A stretch of 64,000 bases of DNA from Desulfobacterales bacterium (GTDB taxonomy: Bacteria > Desulfobacterota > Desulfobacteria > Desulfobacterales > UBA11574): positions 11,095 to 75,094 of the forward strand of contig JAQYVT010000002.1 in assembly GCA_030145345.1 (NCBI GenBank), read 5' to 3'. Positions 38,323 through 47,880 of this stretch are shown piece by piece (the stretch's first letter is position 1; each line of letters opens with the position of its first letter). Under the pieces are notes generated by a model. That model did no database searches. It saw only the letters and a program-made list of their open reading frames with translations, and was not told the DNA's origin. The position numbers were made by a program, and so were the translations under genes.

Positions 38323-39053
38323 TTGATGTCAAAAATATTTCCAAAACCTTCCAAAGTCGTTCAACGGAGGTTAAGGCGCTGGTTAATGTAACCGCCAAAG
38401 TCGATAAAGGAGAAGTCGTCGTGGTGCTGGGTCCATCCGGGTCCGGCAAAAGTACCTTTATCAGATGTCTGAACTATCTGAACGTGGCAGATGAGGGGAG
38501 TATCGTTATTGACGGTATCGATATCCTCGACCCCAAAACCGACATCAACAAGGTTCGTGCCGAAGTCGGCATGGTGTTTCAATCCTTCAACCTGTTTCCG
38601 CATAAAACTGTCCTTGAAAATGTAACTCTGGCGCCGATGGTTGTACGGAAAAAATCTAAAGAAGACGCCAAGAAGAAAGGAATGGGGCTGCTGGAAAAAG
38701 TCGGCATTCTGGACAAAGCCGATGTTTATCCGGACCAGCTGTCCGGTGGACAGCAGCAGCGTGTGGCCATCGCCCGTGCCCTGGCCATGGAGCCTAAAGT
38801 GATGCTCTTTGACGAGCCGACCTCGGCACTCGACCCTGAAATGGTCGGTGAAGTTCTCGATGTAATGAAAAATCTGGCCCGGGAAGGTATGACCATGGTG
38901 GTTGTTTCCCATGAAATGGGATTCGCCAGAGAAGTGGCGGATAGAGTTATTTTCATGGATGAAGGCGCCGTTGTAGAAGTCGGAACACCCGAGCATTTCT
39001 TCACAAATCCCACCCATGAAAGGACCAAGCTTTTTTTAAGCCAGATTCTATAA
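38319..39053 (+). CDS. Polar amino-acid ABC ATP-binding protein (GlnQ-like)
   Basis: I prefer ATG 38319 ([11 protein letters not shown]), which has an AAGGAGG SD at 38301 and an ATGA overlap with the permease stop. Motifs: Walker [25 protein letters not shown] and [10 protein letters not shown]. Confidence 0.9.
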   Translation: MIDVKNISKTFQSRSTEVKALVNVTAKVDKGEVVVVLGPSGSGKSTFIRCLNYLNVADEGSIVIDGIDILDPKTDINKVRAEVGMVFQSFNLFPHKTVLENVTLAPMVVRKKSKEDAKKKGMGLLEKVGILDKADVYPDQLSGGQQQRVAIARALAMEPKVMLFDEPTSALDPEMVGEVLDVMKNLAREGMTMVVVSHEMGFAREVADRVIFMDEGAVVEVGTPEHFFTNPTHERTKLFLSQIL

Positions 39054-39154
39054 ATTACAGTTACCTGTGATCCTAAATTCTCAGATGGAGTTTACAGGCT
39101 CGTAGTATATGTGATAATCTCTCGCCATACTGGGCATCTCGCGTAATTCCAATA

Positions 39155-39325
39155 CCCTAATTGATCGTAAACAAACTGGGAGAAATTTTATAACGGTTTG
39201 GTTTTTTGCATATTTTGTAGATAGAATTGTATCTTCATAATGCTTCTATAGATGAGATATAAATCTTTGAATACAATCCCATTATGTTTACCCTTCGGGA
39301 AAGCTGATGATCCCAAAATTGCTTG
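39155..39325 (-). repeat. Family-B element, long variant, inverted orientation (B3)
   Basis: It starts CCCTAATTGATCGTAAACAAACTGGGAGAAA, the reverse complement of the B1/B5 right end. The interior (CATAATGCTTCTATAGATGAGATATAAATCT...CCATTATGTTTACCCTTCGGGAAAGCTGATGATCCCA) aligns with the reverse complement of 59330-59475. The distal terminus is decayed. Confidence 0.6.
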
Positions 39326-39398
39326 CGGAGCGAGCAAAATCAGACTTTTTACCAGTTCATAAAACCTTAACACCACCCAAAATTCATGAGGTGAACCG

Positions 39399-40409
39399 AT
39401 GATTTTTTCGTCAATTCCGAGACTGTTTAAAAAAAGCAACGCCTATTATTTCTGGGTATCTGTCTTTATTCTAATCGTCTTGGGAATTACGTCGTCCCTT
39501 TATTATTCTGCGCTTAAAATCGACTATGTATGGAGATGGTTTAGAATTCCCCAATATTTTGCATATCATGATACCGTTGAAATCAAAGCGGAAATAACAG
39601 GAGAAATAGAATCTATCCAATTAAAAGACGAAAAAGCGGTGATCCGCGTAACCGGCGATGATGAAACCGAATCTCATACCGTTCCGACTTCGGATATTCG
39701 TGTATTTGAAGGCGATCTTATCTCTCCGGGGGATATACTGGCCACGTATAAAAAATGGCGTATTGGTATTTTAATGGAAGGGCTGTGGCTCACCTTAAAG
39801 GTCAGCATCATAGCGATTGTTTTTGGAATTTTCATTGGTCTGTTCACCGGCATTGCACGCATATCCTCCAACCCTGCATTAAAATGGTCTGCAATTACCT
39901 ATATTGAGTTTATCCGAGGTTCTCCTCTGCTGGTACAAATCTTTATCTGGTATTTTGTTTTGGGGACCCTGATCAATAATATCCTCGCCATACAGGGAAT
40001 CGCTCAGATTCCTCCACTGTGGTTCGGCGTCGCGGCCCTTGCCTTTTTTACAGGGGCGTATGTTGCGGAAATGGTGCGGGCCGGCATCCAATCCATACAT
40101 TTCGGTCAAACTGAAGCCGCCCAATCTTTGGGCATGACCTATATTCAGTCTATGCGGTATATTATTCTGCCCCAGGCTCTGCGAAGAATCCTTCCCCCCC
40201 TTGCCGGTCAATTCATCAGCCTCATAAAAGATTCATCTTTGCTTGGCATTATCGCGATCCGGGAACTGACCAAGGCAACCCGGGAAGTTATTACCACCAG
40301 CCTTCAACCGTTTGAACTCTGGTTTGTTTGTGCAATTTTATATCTTATTTTGACCTTTTCCCTCTCCATGTTTGTACAATACCTGGAACGGAGAACAGAG
40401 GTTACCTGA
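39399..40409 (+). CDS. Polar amino-acid ABC permease with N-terminal extension, paralogue 2
   Basis: 336 aa and collinear with 37312..38322. Stretches of identical DNA occur, for example GGTCTGTTCACCGGCATTGCACGCATATCCTCCAACCC. Confidence 0.9.
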   Translation: MIFSSIPRLFKKSNAYYFWVSVFILIVLGITSSLYYSALKIDYVWRWFRIPQYFAYHDTVEIKAEITGEIESIQLKDEKAVIRVTGDDETESHTVPTSDIRVFEGDLISPGDILATYKKWRIGILMEGLWLTLKVSIIAIVFGIFIGLFTGIARISSNPALKWSAITYIEFIRGSPLLVQIFIWYFVLGTLINNILAIQGIAQIPPLWFGVAALAFFTGAYVAEMVRAGIQSIHFGQTEAAQSLGMTYIQSMRYIILPQALRRILPPLAGQFISLIKDSSLLGIIAIRELTKATREVITTSLQPFELWFVCAILYLILTFSLSMFVQYLERRTEVT

Positions 40410-40444
40410 TCGTTTGTTTCCATTGAGTCTATCTGCAGATTCTA

Positions 40445-42556
40445 CTACCGGATAGCGGCGTTGTTCACCACCCACGACCCCCATGTATTCATATGGGTGA
40501 TCGGGGAATTAGATTCCGGTAGATTCCGGGACGATAAATATTTCTCCCCTGAATTTTTCCCATATAACACTTCCGGAGACGTCGTTTTCTCGTTGAACGC
40601 AACGTTCAACTGGCGGTCTCTCCCATATATATCCTCTCTAAAGTGGGTAATGCCGTCTTTATCAACCCAGGCTGTCCAGTAAAGGATATGAATATTGATC
40701 GGGTCCGGCAACGATATTGCCTTGGTTTTTTTGCTGTTGACCACAGCGATTAATTTTTGGAGATTCCATGTTGGGCTCTCTGACAAAAGATACGCTGCGA
40801 GTTCCACCGGCTTTTCAACGCGAATACAACCGGAACTAAAAGCGCGTTTTGTGCGGTTAAATAATTCCCGCGCCGGCGTATCGTGTAAATATATGCTGAA
40901 CTCATTTGGAAACATAAATTTTATCCGGCCCAGGGCATTCGACGATTTCGGGTCCTGACGGAGTTTATAGATAAAGTTGTTTTTTCCCATTCCGTCCCAG
41001 TCTATGGATTCAGGATTTAATTCCTTTGCATCTGCCGTCCAGTTTTCAAAAATCCTGATACTTTTATCCGTCAAATAGTCCGGGTCTTTTTTAATACAAG
41101 GCAATATATCATTTAAGGCGATTTTGTGAGGAATATTCCAATAGGGATTCAGTTCCAGATAGGTTATTTTTCGGCTTAAAATCGGAGTGGGACGCTTCTT
41201 TTTTCCCACAATTGCCCGGATTGATTTTACCGTCTGTTCATTTTCAATGACGTTCAGTTGGAAATTGGCCGTATTGACCAGAATATAGCGCGCCCCTAAA
41301 TCTTGAGGAAGCCAGCGCCATCGTTCCATATTCAATTTTAGTTGTTGAATCCGATCTTCCAGCGAAACATTTAACGCTGCAAGTGTATTGGATCCGGCAA
41401 TTCCATCCACCTCGAGTCCGTGTCTGGCCTGGAATCTTTTAACGCTGTTTTCCAAACCTTCATCAAAATATTCCGGATTCCCGTTTTGGAGATCTTTCAG
41501 ATCTTTGGAAGCGATTAGGCGCAAACGCAGAGCGGCAATTCCTTTTCCAGCATCACCTTTGCGCATTTTTGAGCCGGCAGGAACTTTTTGCCAAGCACCT
41601 GACTTTTTAATATTTTGATATTTCAATAGCGCCGACTTCAGTCTTAAATACCCTGAATGACGGGGTTGTAATCTATCGACCAACTCTTCGAGTCTGTCAT
41701 CGTTCAGTGCACCTTGAAGAATTTTGGGAATATCTTTTTTGGGCTTTTCTATATACCAATCAAAATTGCTCGAATTCGGTTCAACGATCCCTTCTGATAA
41801 ATTGAACCCGTATGAAAACAGCGCATCGGTTAAAAGCAGTTCGAGTTCAGCAAACCTTGCCGGTTCAAACATATCCATGGCGCTGCTGTGTTCAATATCT
41901 GTCAGCAATGTGAAGATATCGTCTCGATGATAGGTTTTGGAATCGAGTCCTTCCAGGTCTGCTTTGCGAATCGTCTCGATGAGAACTTCAGCCTTGGCGT
42001 TCAACCCTTCTTCGGTCACCCATACGGGCTCAAATTCCCGGTAAAGATAGAAGTTAAGAAGTAATGCCGGATTGCAAATCAGGTGGGTTTTAAGTTCTAT
42101 TTTATTTCTCAGGGTCAGAGATGCCAGTCGAGATCTCAAACGTTCACGGACCGGGTCTGTAAAATTTGAACCCTTATGGGTTTCACGATGTTTCACAAGG
42201 GCATTTGTCGGGTTCTGAGTATAATTGTCGAATGATCCAAAGGAATGGTTCGGCTGGGTCAAAAAAGGCGGGGTATGAATCATGCCGGTGACGGCAAGAT
42301 TGCCATGACCATCGAGTTGATTTGTCACCAACGGAAACAGACAACAGGATAAAGAATATTTTTCAACCGGATCATTAAAAACCAAGGCATAACCCGTTGA
42401 GGATAATAGAAAAATGCTTTCCAATAAAATGAATAAAATTACCACGATCCTCATATTTTTCCCACCTTGCCCGGAAATCTCACCCGATAAGACATCGATA
42501 ACGTTTTTTTGCCATTCTGGTTGACGTTCTTTATGAGAAGTTGCGGCTAAATACAT
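40445..42556 (-). CDS. L,D-transpeptidase, YcbB/LdtD-like (PG-binding plus YkuD domains)
   Basis: 703 aa with a peptidoglycan-binding repeat (VKRFQARHGLEVDGIAGSNTLAALN) and the YkuD catalytic motif YLHDTPARELFNRTKRAFSSGCIRVEKP. The true start may be the internal MRIVVILFIL at about 42454. Confidence 0.85.
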   Translation of the reverse strand: MYLAATSHKERQPEWQKNVIDVLSGEISGQGGKNMRIVVILFILLESIFLLSSTGYALVFNDPVEKYSLSCCLFPLVTNQLDGHGNLAVTGMIHTPPFLTQPNHSFGSFDNYTQNPTNALVKHRETHKGSNFTDPVRERLRSRLASLTLRNKIELKTHLICNPALLLNFYLYREFEPVWVTEEGLNAKAEVLIETIRKADLEGLDSKTYHRDDIFTLLTDIEHSSAMDMFEPARFAELELLLTDALFSYGFNLSEGIVEPNSSNFDWYIEKPKKDIPKILQGALNDDRLEELVDRLQPRHSGYLRLKSALLKYQNIKKSGAWQKVPAGSKMRKGDAGKGIAALRLRLIASKDLKDLQNGNPEYFDEGLENSVKRFQARHGLEVDGIAGSNTLAALNVSLEDRIQQLKLNMERWRWLPQDLGARYILVNTANFQLNVIENEQTVKSIRAIVGKKKRPTPILSRKITYLELNPYWNIPHKIALNDILPCIKKDPDYLTDKSIRIFENWTADAKELNPESIDWDGMGKNNFIYKLRQDPKSSNALGRIKFMFPNEFSIYLHDTPARELFNRTKRAFSSGCIRVEKPVELAAYLLSESPTWNLQKLIAVVNSKKTKAISLPDPINIHILYWTAWVDKDGITHFREDIYGRDRQLNVAFNEKTTSPEVLYGKNSGEKYLSSRNLPESNSPITHMNTWGSWVVNNAAIR

Positions 42557-42925
42557 GGTGCAAAAGAACGCAGCAAATATAATGCCAGAAAATATATTAG
42601 ACGAATAATGTTATGGAACCACTTGATTTGTTTAAATTTTATTAGGAAAAGACGGCGGGGTGTTTTTGAGACTGAATTGATTTTGGGAAATAAACTACAC
42701 GGTTGTTGGGCAATAAACGTAATACCCCAATGGCGTCAAAACTCCATTGGAGGTTATCTGTTTTCGGTGATCGTTCGAACCATCAACTCCAGGAAAGCTG
42801 CCGGAAAGTATACGCCGCAAGAAACAGTGCAAAAAGGATTAAAACGATCCATTTTACAACAAACGGTATGATTGAGGGTTTTCTTTTTTCTTTTGGCATT
42901 TGAACATTTTATTTTTATTGTCTTT

Positions 42926-43105
42926 TTAAGATTTTTCCGATTTTTTCATGGGATATTCGGGCAACGCCGATGCCTTCTTCCTCGACTTCGGAAATTTCCT
43001 AAGACATTTTTTGTCTCTCCGGATAATTGCACAGACTTTCCGGTTATGAAGCTCTTTACAGTTATCGTGATTGTACAACGGGCATTCTGGATATTGCTTA
43101 GACAT
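42926..43105 (-). CDS. Small basic Cys-containing hypothetical protein (59 aa)
   Basis: Below the track cutoff. My translation is MSKQYPECPLYNHDNCKELHNRKVCAIIRRDKKCLRKFPKSRKKASALPEYPMKKSEKS. It has four Cys, a weak SD and no recognisable family. Confidence 0.3.
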   Translation of the reverse strand: MSKQYPECPLYNHDNCKELHNRKVCAIIRRDKKCLRKFPKSRKKASALPEYPMKKSEKS

Positions 43106-43249
43106 TTCTATTCTCTTTGTCCATAAACCGGGTATTTATCCTAACATCGCATAGACAACAGGGCCGGTATTAAAAAAACATTAGTATTGGGTGGTTCTCC
43201 ATATAACGGGCCATACGGAAAGGCACGGGAAGTTGCATCCAAAGATGAT

Positions 43250-43284
43250 GACAAAATCCCTTGATTGTTTACGATCAATTCGGG
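43250..43284 (+). repeat. Family-B right-end fragment (B6)
   Basis: AAAATCCCTTGATTGTTTACGATCAATTCGGG resembles the B1 right end TTTTCCCAGTTTGTTTACGATCAATTAGG. No matching left end is nearby. Confidence 0.4.
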
Positions 43285-44562
43285 TTAAACATTCGGGTGT
43301 ATTGTCTTTAAAAATTCTCGAATCATCAACGCCGCACTTGCCCCCTCCCCTGCAGCACTTGCCACTTGTTTGGTGCTCTTGTCTCGCACGTCCCCTGCAG
43401 CAAAAATCCCGGGTATACTGGTCTCCAATATGTGAGGGTCTCGATCATCATAACCCTTTGGTCGCTGACCACCATGCAGCAGGTCGTGGCCGGTAACCAC
43501 AAAGCCCCATCGATCCAGCCGAACCCCGCTTCTTTTAAGAAATCCGGTATTTGGGGTCAACCCGATAAAGATAAAGGCACCGTTTACCGGCAATTCGTCT
43601 TCTGAGCCGGTCTGATTGTTTATCAGCCGAAGCTTTTTAAGTTTAGAATCCTCCCCCATGAATGCTTTGACTTCCGTATTCCATCGCACGTCAATTTTTG
43701 GGGTGCTGAAAACGCTGTCCTGGATGATCTTGGTGGCTTTGAATCGATCACTTCGCACCAGTATGGTCACATGTTCTGCAAACTTGGTTAACAGCAAACT
43801 CTCTTCGGCAGCACTGTTGCCGCCGCCGATGACCGCCACCCGTTCGCCGGTGTAAAAAGGGCCGTCACACGTGGCACAAAAATGCACCCCGGCGCCAAGA
43901 TATTCATTTTCGCCGGGCACGTTCAGGCGCATATAACGACTTCCTGTTGTAATCAACACCGCCCGGGCGCTATACGTTTGGCCGTCTCCGGTTTTTACAC
44001 AGTGATAATTGTGATGCTGGTAGAGTTCTACGACATCTTGGGCCTGCAACAACTCGACGCCGAATCGTTCGGCTTGCAGACGTAATCGTCGGGAGAATTC
44101 GATACCGGCCACGCCGTCCGGAAATCCGGGCATGTTATCCAGCTTTTCCGTGCCGGCAGCTTGTCCGCCAAAGGCTGCACGTTCAATAACCAGCGTCTCG
44201 ATGTATTCACGGCCCGTGTACAGCGCTGCGGTTAAACCCGCAGGTCCGCCTCCCAGAACGATCAAATCATAATGACTGCGGCTGGCGGTGGTCTTTAATC
44301 CCAGTTTGGCCGCAAGTTCCGCGTTGCTGGGTTCCACCAGAAAAGACCCGTCGGCAAAGACAATGGTGGGGATGATGCGCTTTCCCTTGTTGGTCTCTGT
44401 CACGAATTCTTCGGCGGCTTTGTCCGTTTCAATATCGATCCAGCTGTAGGGGATCTGGTGTTCGCCCAGAAACTGTTTGCTCTGCCGGCAATCCGGACAC
44501 CAGTGGGCGCCGTAAACCGTAATCTCGGATTTTGGCATGATAGACCTCTTTGATTTCTTCAC
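43285..44562 (-). CDS. Glutaredoxin-like domain fused to thioredoxin-disulfide reductase
   Basis: 425 aa. The N-terminal ~90 aa carries a Grx/NrdH-like WCPDC motif. The remainder has FAD site GGGPAGLTAALY, redox-active CATCDGPFY, NADPH site GGGNSAAEE and a C-terminal GIFAAGDV. Confidence 0.85.
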   Translation of the reverse strand: MKKSKRSIMPKSEITVYGAHWCPDCRQSKQFLGEHQIPYSWIDIETDKAAEEFVTETNKGKRIIPTIVFADGSFLVEPSNAELAAKLGLKTTASRSHYDLIVLGGGPAGLTAALYTGREYIETLVIERAAFGGQAAGTEKLDNMPGFPDGVAGIEFSRRLRLQAERFGVELLQAQDVVELYQHHNYHCVKTGDGQTYSARAVLITTGSRYMRLNVPGENEYLGAGVHFCATCDGPFYTGERVAVIGGGNSAAEESLLLTKFAEHVTILVRSDRFKATKIIQDSVFSTPKIDVRWNTEVKAFMGEDSKLKKLRLINNQTGSEDELPVNGAFIFIGLTPNTGFLKRSGVRLDRWGFVVTGHDLLHGGQRPKGYDDRDPHILETSIPGIFAAGDVRDKSTKQVASAAGEGASAALMIREFLKTIHPNV

Positions 44563-44763
44563 GTATCCTTCTATTTTTTTCTATTGAAGCGTCCCGAAGT
44601 CCCCCAAGGGGGAATTTCCACTGCGCTCCAACACGGTGTCTGCCTTGCGGCAGTGCTTCGCAGCACCTGTAAGGGATTTAATTCATTTTAATATACCCAC
44701 GCACGGTTAAATGCCCCTTTGCGGCCCTCCTCCGAAAAATTTAACCGGACCGGCTGTTCCAGT

Positions 44764-47700
44764 TCAAACCTTGACGTCGGGCACGGATTCCACTCGGACC
44801 AACTGTTTGATATCATCGACAATAAGATAAAAGGACGGCACCAGAACCAGTGTAATCAACGTCGCGAACAGTATACCATACCCTAAAGAAAGCGCCATGG
44901 GAATCAAAAACCGGGCCTGTCGAGATGTTTCAAAAATCATCGGCGACAGGCCGCCGAAAGTGGTCAAGGTGGTTAGAATAATCGGCCTGAAACGATGAAT
45001 GCCCGCTTGATGAATAGCGTCGCGCCGAGGCATTCCGCTCCGTTCCTTGCGATTGGCAAAATCGACCAGGACCAGCGAATCATTGACCACCACCCCGCTC
45101 AGGGCCACCACGCCGAACATGCTGAGCACACTCAGACTGTAGCCCATAATCAAATGACCGATGACAGCCCCCACCATGCCGAAGGGAATGGCCGCCATAA
45201 TGATCAGGGGCTGGATATAGCTGTTCAGCGGGATGGCCAGCATGGCGAAAATGACCACAAGGGCCGCCAAAAGCCCTCGCACCAGGCTCTGCATGCTTTC
45301 CCGCCGGTCGGCCTGCCGCCCCTCAAAACCGATGGTCAAACCCGGATATTCTTTTTGCAATGCCGACAGGGTTTCAGATTTAAGCGACGCCAACACCTGA
45401 TCGGCCTTGCTTCGGGGACGAACGTCGGCTTCCACCGTCACAATTCGGCGGCCGTCTCGACGATTAATGTCGGTATAGGCCCGACCCCGGTTTACGGTAA
45501 CGGCGGATCGCAACGGAATTTCATTGCCGGCCGGGGTCCGTAAGATCATTTCTTCGAGATTATACTCGGAAATCCGTTCGTTCCTGGGCAGTCTCACCAT
45601 GACTTTGACTTCATTCCGTCCCCGCTGCTGCCGGAGGGCCTCGGCACCGTAGTAGGCATGCCGGACCTGTCTGGCCACTTCCTTAGATCTTAATCCAAGA
45701 CTTCGGGCTTCGGGTTTGATCTGAAAATCGAGCTGCTGTTTGCCGGGTGCAAAACCGTCATCGATATCTTTTACATTCGGATAATATCCCAGGGCTTCAG
45801 CGACATCGGCAGCACCCTTTTCCAACAGGCCAATATCTTTGTGGCTGAGTTCTATTGAAATTACCGGTCCGCGGCCGGGTCCGCCGGCATCCGATTCAAA
45901 CAGAATCGATTCCAATCCCGGAATAACCCCGACCCGTTCCCGCCAGCGTTCGGTGACCTTGGCCGTCGACATGGGACGTTTATCCGGCGGCGTCAGGTAG
46001 ATTCGAACATCGGCCTGGTTGTCGCTGATCCTGGCGAAAATGCCTTCCGAGAGTCTTTCTCCGCCGTTTTCTGCGACAACCTCCTGGGCCGCCCGGACCA
46101 GAATCTGCTGTACTTTTTCAGTTTTTTGAAAAGCAGTTCCAAAAGGCAGGGTCGCCGTCACCTTGGCATAATCGGATTCGATCTTGGGAAAAAGTTCGAA
46201 TCCCATGCGCCCGCTCTTCACATAGCCGACCGTAATCAGTAAAATAGCGATACCCAAAGACATGGTTACATATCGCCAGCGAAGGGCCAACCCCAGAAAG
46301 GGGCCGTATCGATTGTGAACCATACGGACGAAAGCTTCGCTGAATCGTTGTTGCCAGGCGTGCATCCAACCGAAAAATCCTCTGTGCGGGCGCTTCTGGT
46401 GGCCCACATGGGCAGGGAGAATCCAAAAGCATTCCACCAGGGAGATGGCAAACACGCTGATCACCACCACCGGAATCTGTTTGAAAACCTTTCCCATGAT
46501 GCCGGAAATAAAAAACATGGGCACGAAAGCGATCATGTTGGTCATTACGCTGAACGTTACCGGCATGGCAATCTCTCGGGTCCCTGAAATGGCGGCGTTG
46601 AACCAGGAATCACCGCACTGGTGATGATAGTAGATGTTTTCCCCGACCACGATGGCATCGTCCACCACGATCCCGAGGGTGACAATAAACGCGAACATGG
46701 AAACCATATTAATGCTGACATCCACCGTCGGTAAAAATAAAAGGGACCCCAGAAAAGAGATGGGAATGCCCAGGGCGACCCAGAAAGCGAGTCGGATTTC
46801 CAAAAACAATGCCAGCAAAAGAAACACCAGTCCCAGTCCCAAACATCCGTTTCGGACCAAAAGCCCCATACGCTGCCGGTAAATTTCCGACCGGTCATTG
46901 CGAAGAACCACCGTCAGGCCGGGGGGCAGTTCCTGGTTTACCACTGCCACCGTTCGTTTGACGGCATCAGATACCGAAACCGGTGTTTGATCGCCGATTC
47001 GGTAAACCTCGACCATCACCGCGGATTTGCCGTTAAAGGTGGCGGCATTGTCGGTTTCTTCAAATCCGTCCTCAATATCGGCGATATCTTCCAGCAGGAC
47101 CTGGGTTCCGTCGTTGGACGTAATAATCGGAATCTGTCCGAATTCATGCCCGTAATCCTTGCGTTCCTTAACGCGCACCAGGATATCGCCTCCGGAAGTT
47201 TTGACGGCGCCGCCGGGAAGCTCTACGGAGGTCCTGGCGATCCGTTGGGCAACTTCCTCGAGGGTCAGGTTATACGCCCGGAGCGCATTCTGGGGGATTT
47301 CGACGCTGATCTCATAATTTCGAATCCCCACCAGCTCAACCTGGGTGATATCCGAATCCTGAAGCAACCGATCCCGCAAATACTCGGCATATTCACGCAA
47401 AACCCGCTCGCTTTGATCGCCGTAAAGCGCCAGTGACACCACATAACGCTTTCTGGAAACAATCACCACCCTTGGCTCTTCGGCTTCTTCGGGGAAAGAA
47501 GTGATCCGATCCACTTCGCTCTGGATGTCCTGGCCCAGCTTTTGCAGATTTTCGCCTTCGATCATCTCTACGGTGACCGTTCCGACCCCTTCTCTGGCAG
47601 ATGATAGAACTTCATTGACACCTTCCAGCCCCTGAACGGCTTCCTCTATGGCCAAAATAATGCCTTTTTCCACTTCCTGGGGGCTGGCACCGGGATAGGG

Positions 47701-47880
47701 AACGGTGATTTGGACGAGATCCAGTTCAAAGTAAGGAAAAACTTCTTTCTTGATTAGGTAACCCGAAAAAAATCCTCCCACCAGAAGTACCAGCATAATC
47801 AGGTTGGCCGTTACGGGATGTGCGGTCATCCAGGCGATGACCCCTTTTTTTTCGGACTCTTTTTGCAGCGGGCTGTTCAT
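44764..47880 (-). CDS. RND efflux transporter, inner-membrane permease subunit
   Basis: 1038 aa with 12-TM AcrB/CzcA architecture, two large periplasmic loops and an N-terminal VFPYFELDLVQITVPYPGASPQEVE. Its start overlaps the adaptor-gene stop by 4 nt. Confidence 0.9.
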   Translation of the reverse strand: MNSPLQKESEKKGVIAWMTAHPVTANLIMLVLLVGGFFSGYLIKKEVFPYFELDLVQITVPYPGASPQEVEKGIILAIEEAVQGLEGVNEVLSSAREGVGTVTVEMIEGENLQKLGQDIQSEVDRITSFPEEAEEPRVVIVSRKRYVVSLALYGDQSERVLREYAEYLRDRLLQDSDITQVELVGIRNYEISVEIPQNALRAYNLTLEEVAQRIARTSVELPGGAVKTSGGDILVRVKERKDYGHEFGQIPIITSNDGTQVLLEDIADIEDGFEETDNAATFNGKSAVMVEVYRIGDQTPVSVSDAVKRTVAVVNQELPPGLTVVLRNDRSEIYRQRMGLLVRNGCLGLGLVFLLLALFLEIRLAFWVALGIPISFLGSLLFLPTVDVSINMVSMFAFIVTLGIVVDDAIVVGENIYYHHQCGDSWFNAAISGTREIAMPVTFSVMTNMIAFVPMFFISGIMGKVFKQIPVVVISVFAISLVECFWILPAHVGHQKRPHRGFFGWMHAWQQRFSEAFVRMVHNRYGPFLGLALRWRYVTMSLGIAILLITVGYVKSGRMGFELFPKIESDYAKVTATLPFGTAFQKTEKVQQILVRAAQEVVAENGGERLSEGIFARISDNQADVRIYLTPPDKRPMSTAKVTERWRERVGVIPGLESILFESDAGGPGRGPVISIELSHKDIGLLEKGAADVAEALGYYPNVKDIDDGFAPGKQQLDFQIKPEARSLGLRSKEVARQVRHAYYGAEALRQQRGRNEVKVMVRLPRNERISEYNLEEMILRTPAGNEIPLRSAVTVNRGRAYTDINRRDGRRIVTVEADVRPRSKADQVLASLKSETLSALQKEYPGLTIGFEGRQADRRESMQSLVRGLLAALVVIFAMLAIPLNSYIQPLIIMAAIPFGMVGAVIGHLIMGYSLSVLSMFGVVALSGVVVNDSLVLVDFANRKERSGMPRRDAIHQAGIHRFRPIILTTLTTFGGLSPMIFETSRQARFLIPMALSLGYGILFATLITLVLVPSFYLIVDDIKQLVRVESVPDVKV

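Noticed and set aside
39188-39439. An 83-aa minus-strand ORF inside the family-B long repeat.
   Set aside because: It lies wholly within repeat DNA and overlaps the start of the permease gene. It has no SD, and the corresponding region of the other long copy (59186-59475) does not keep the frame.
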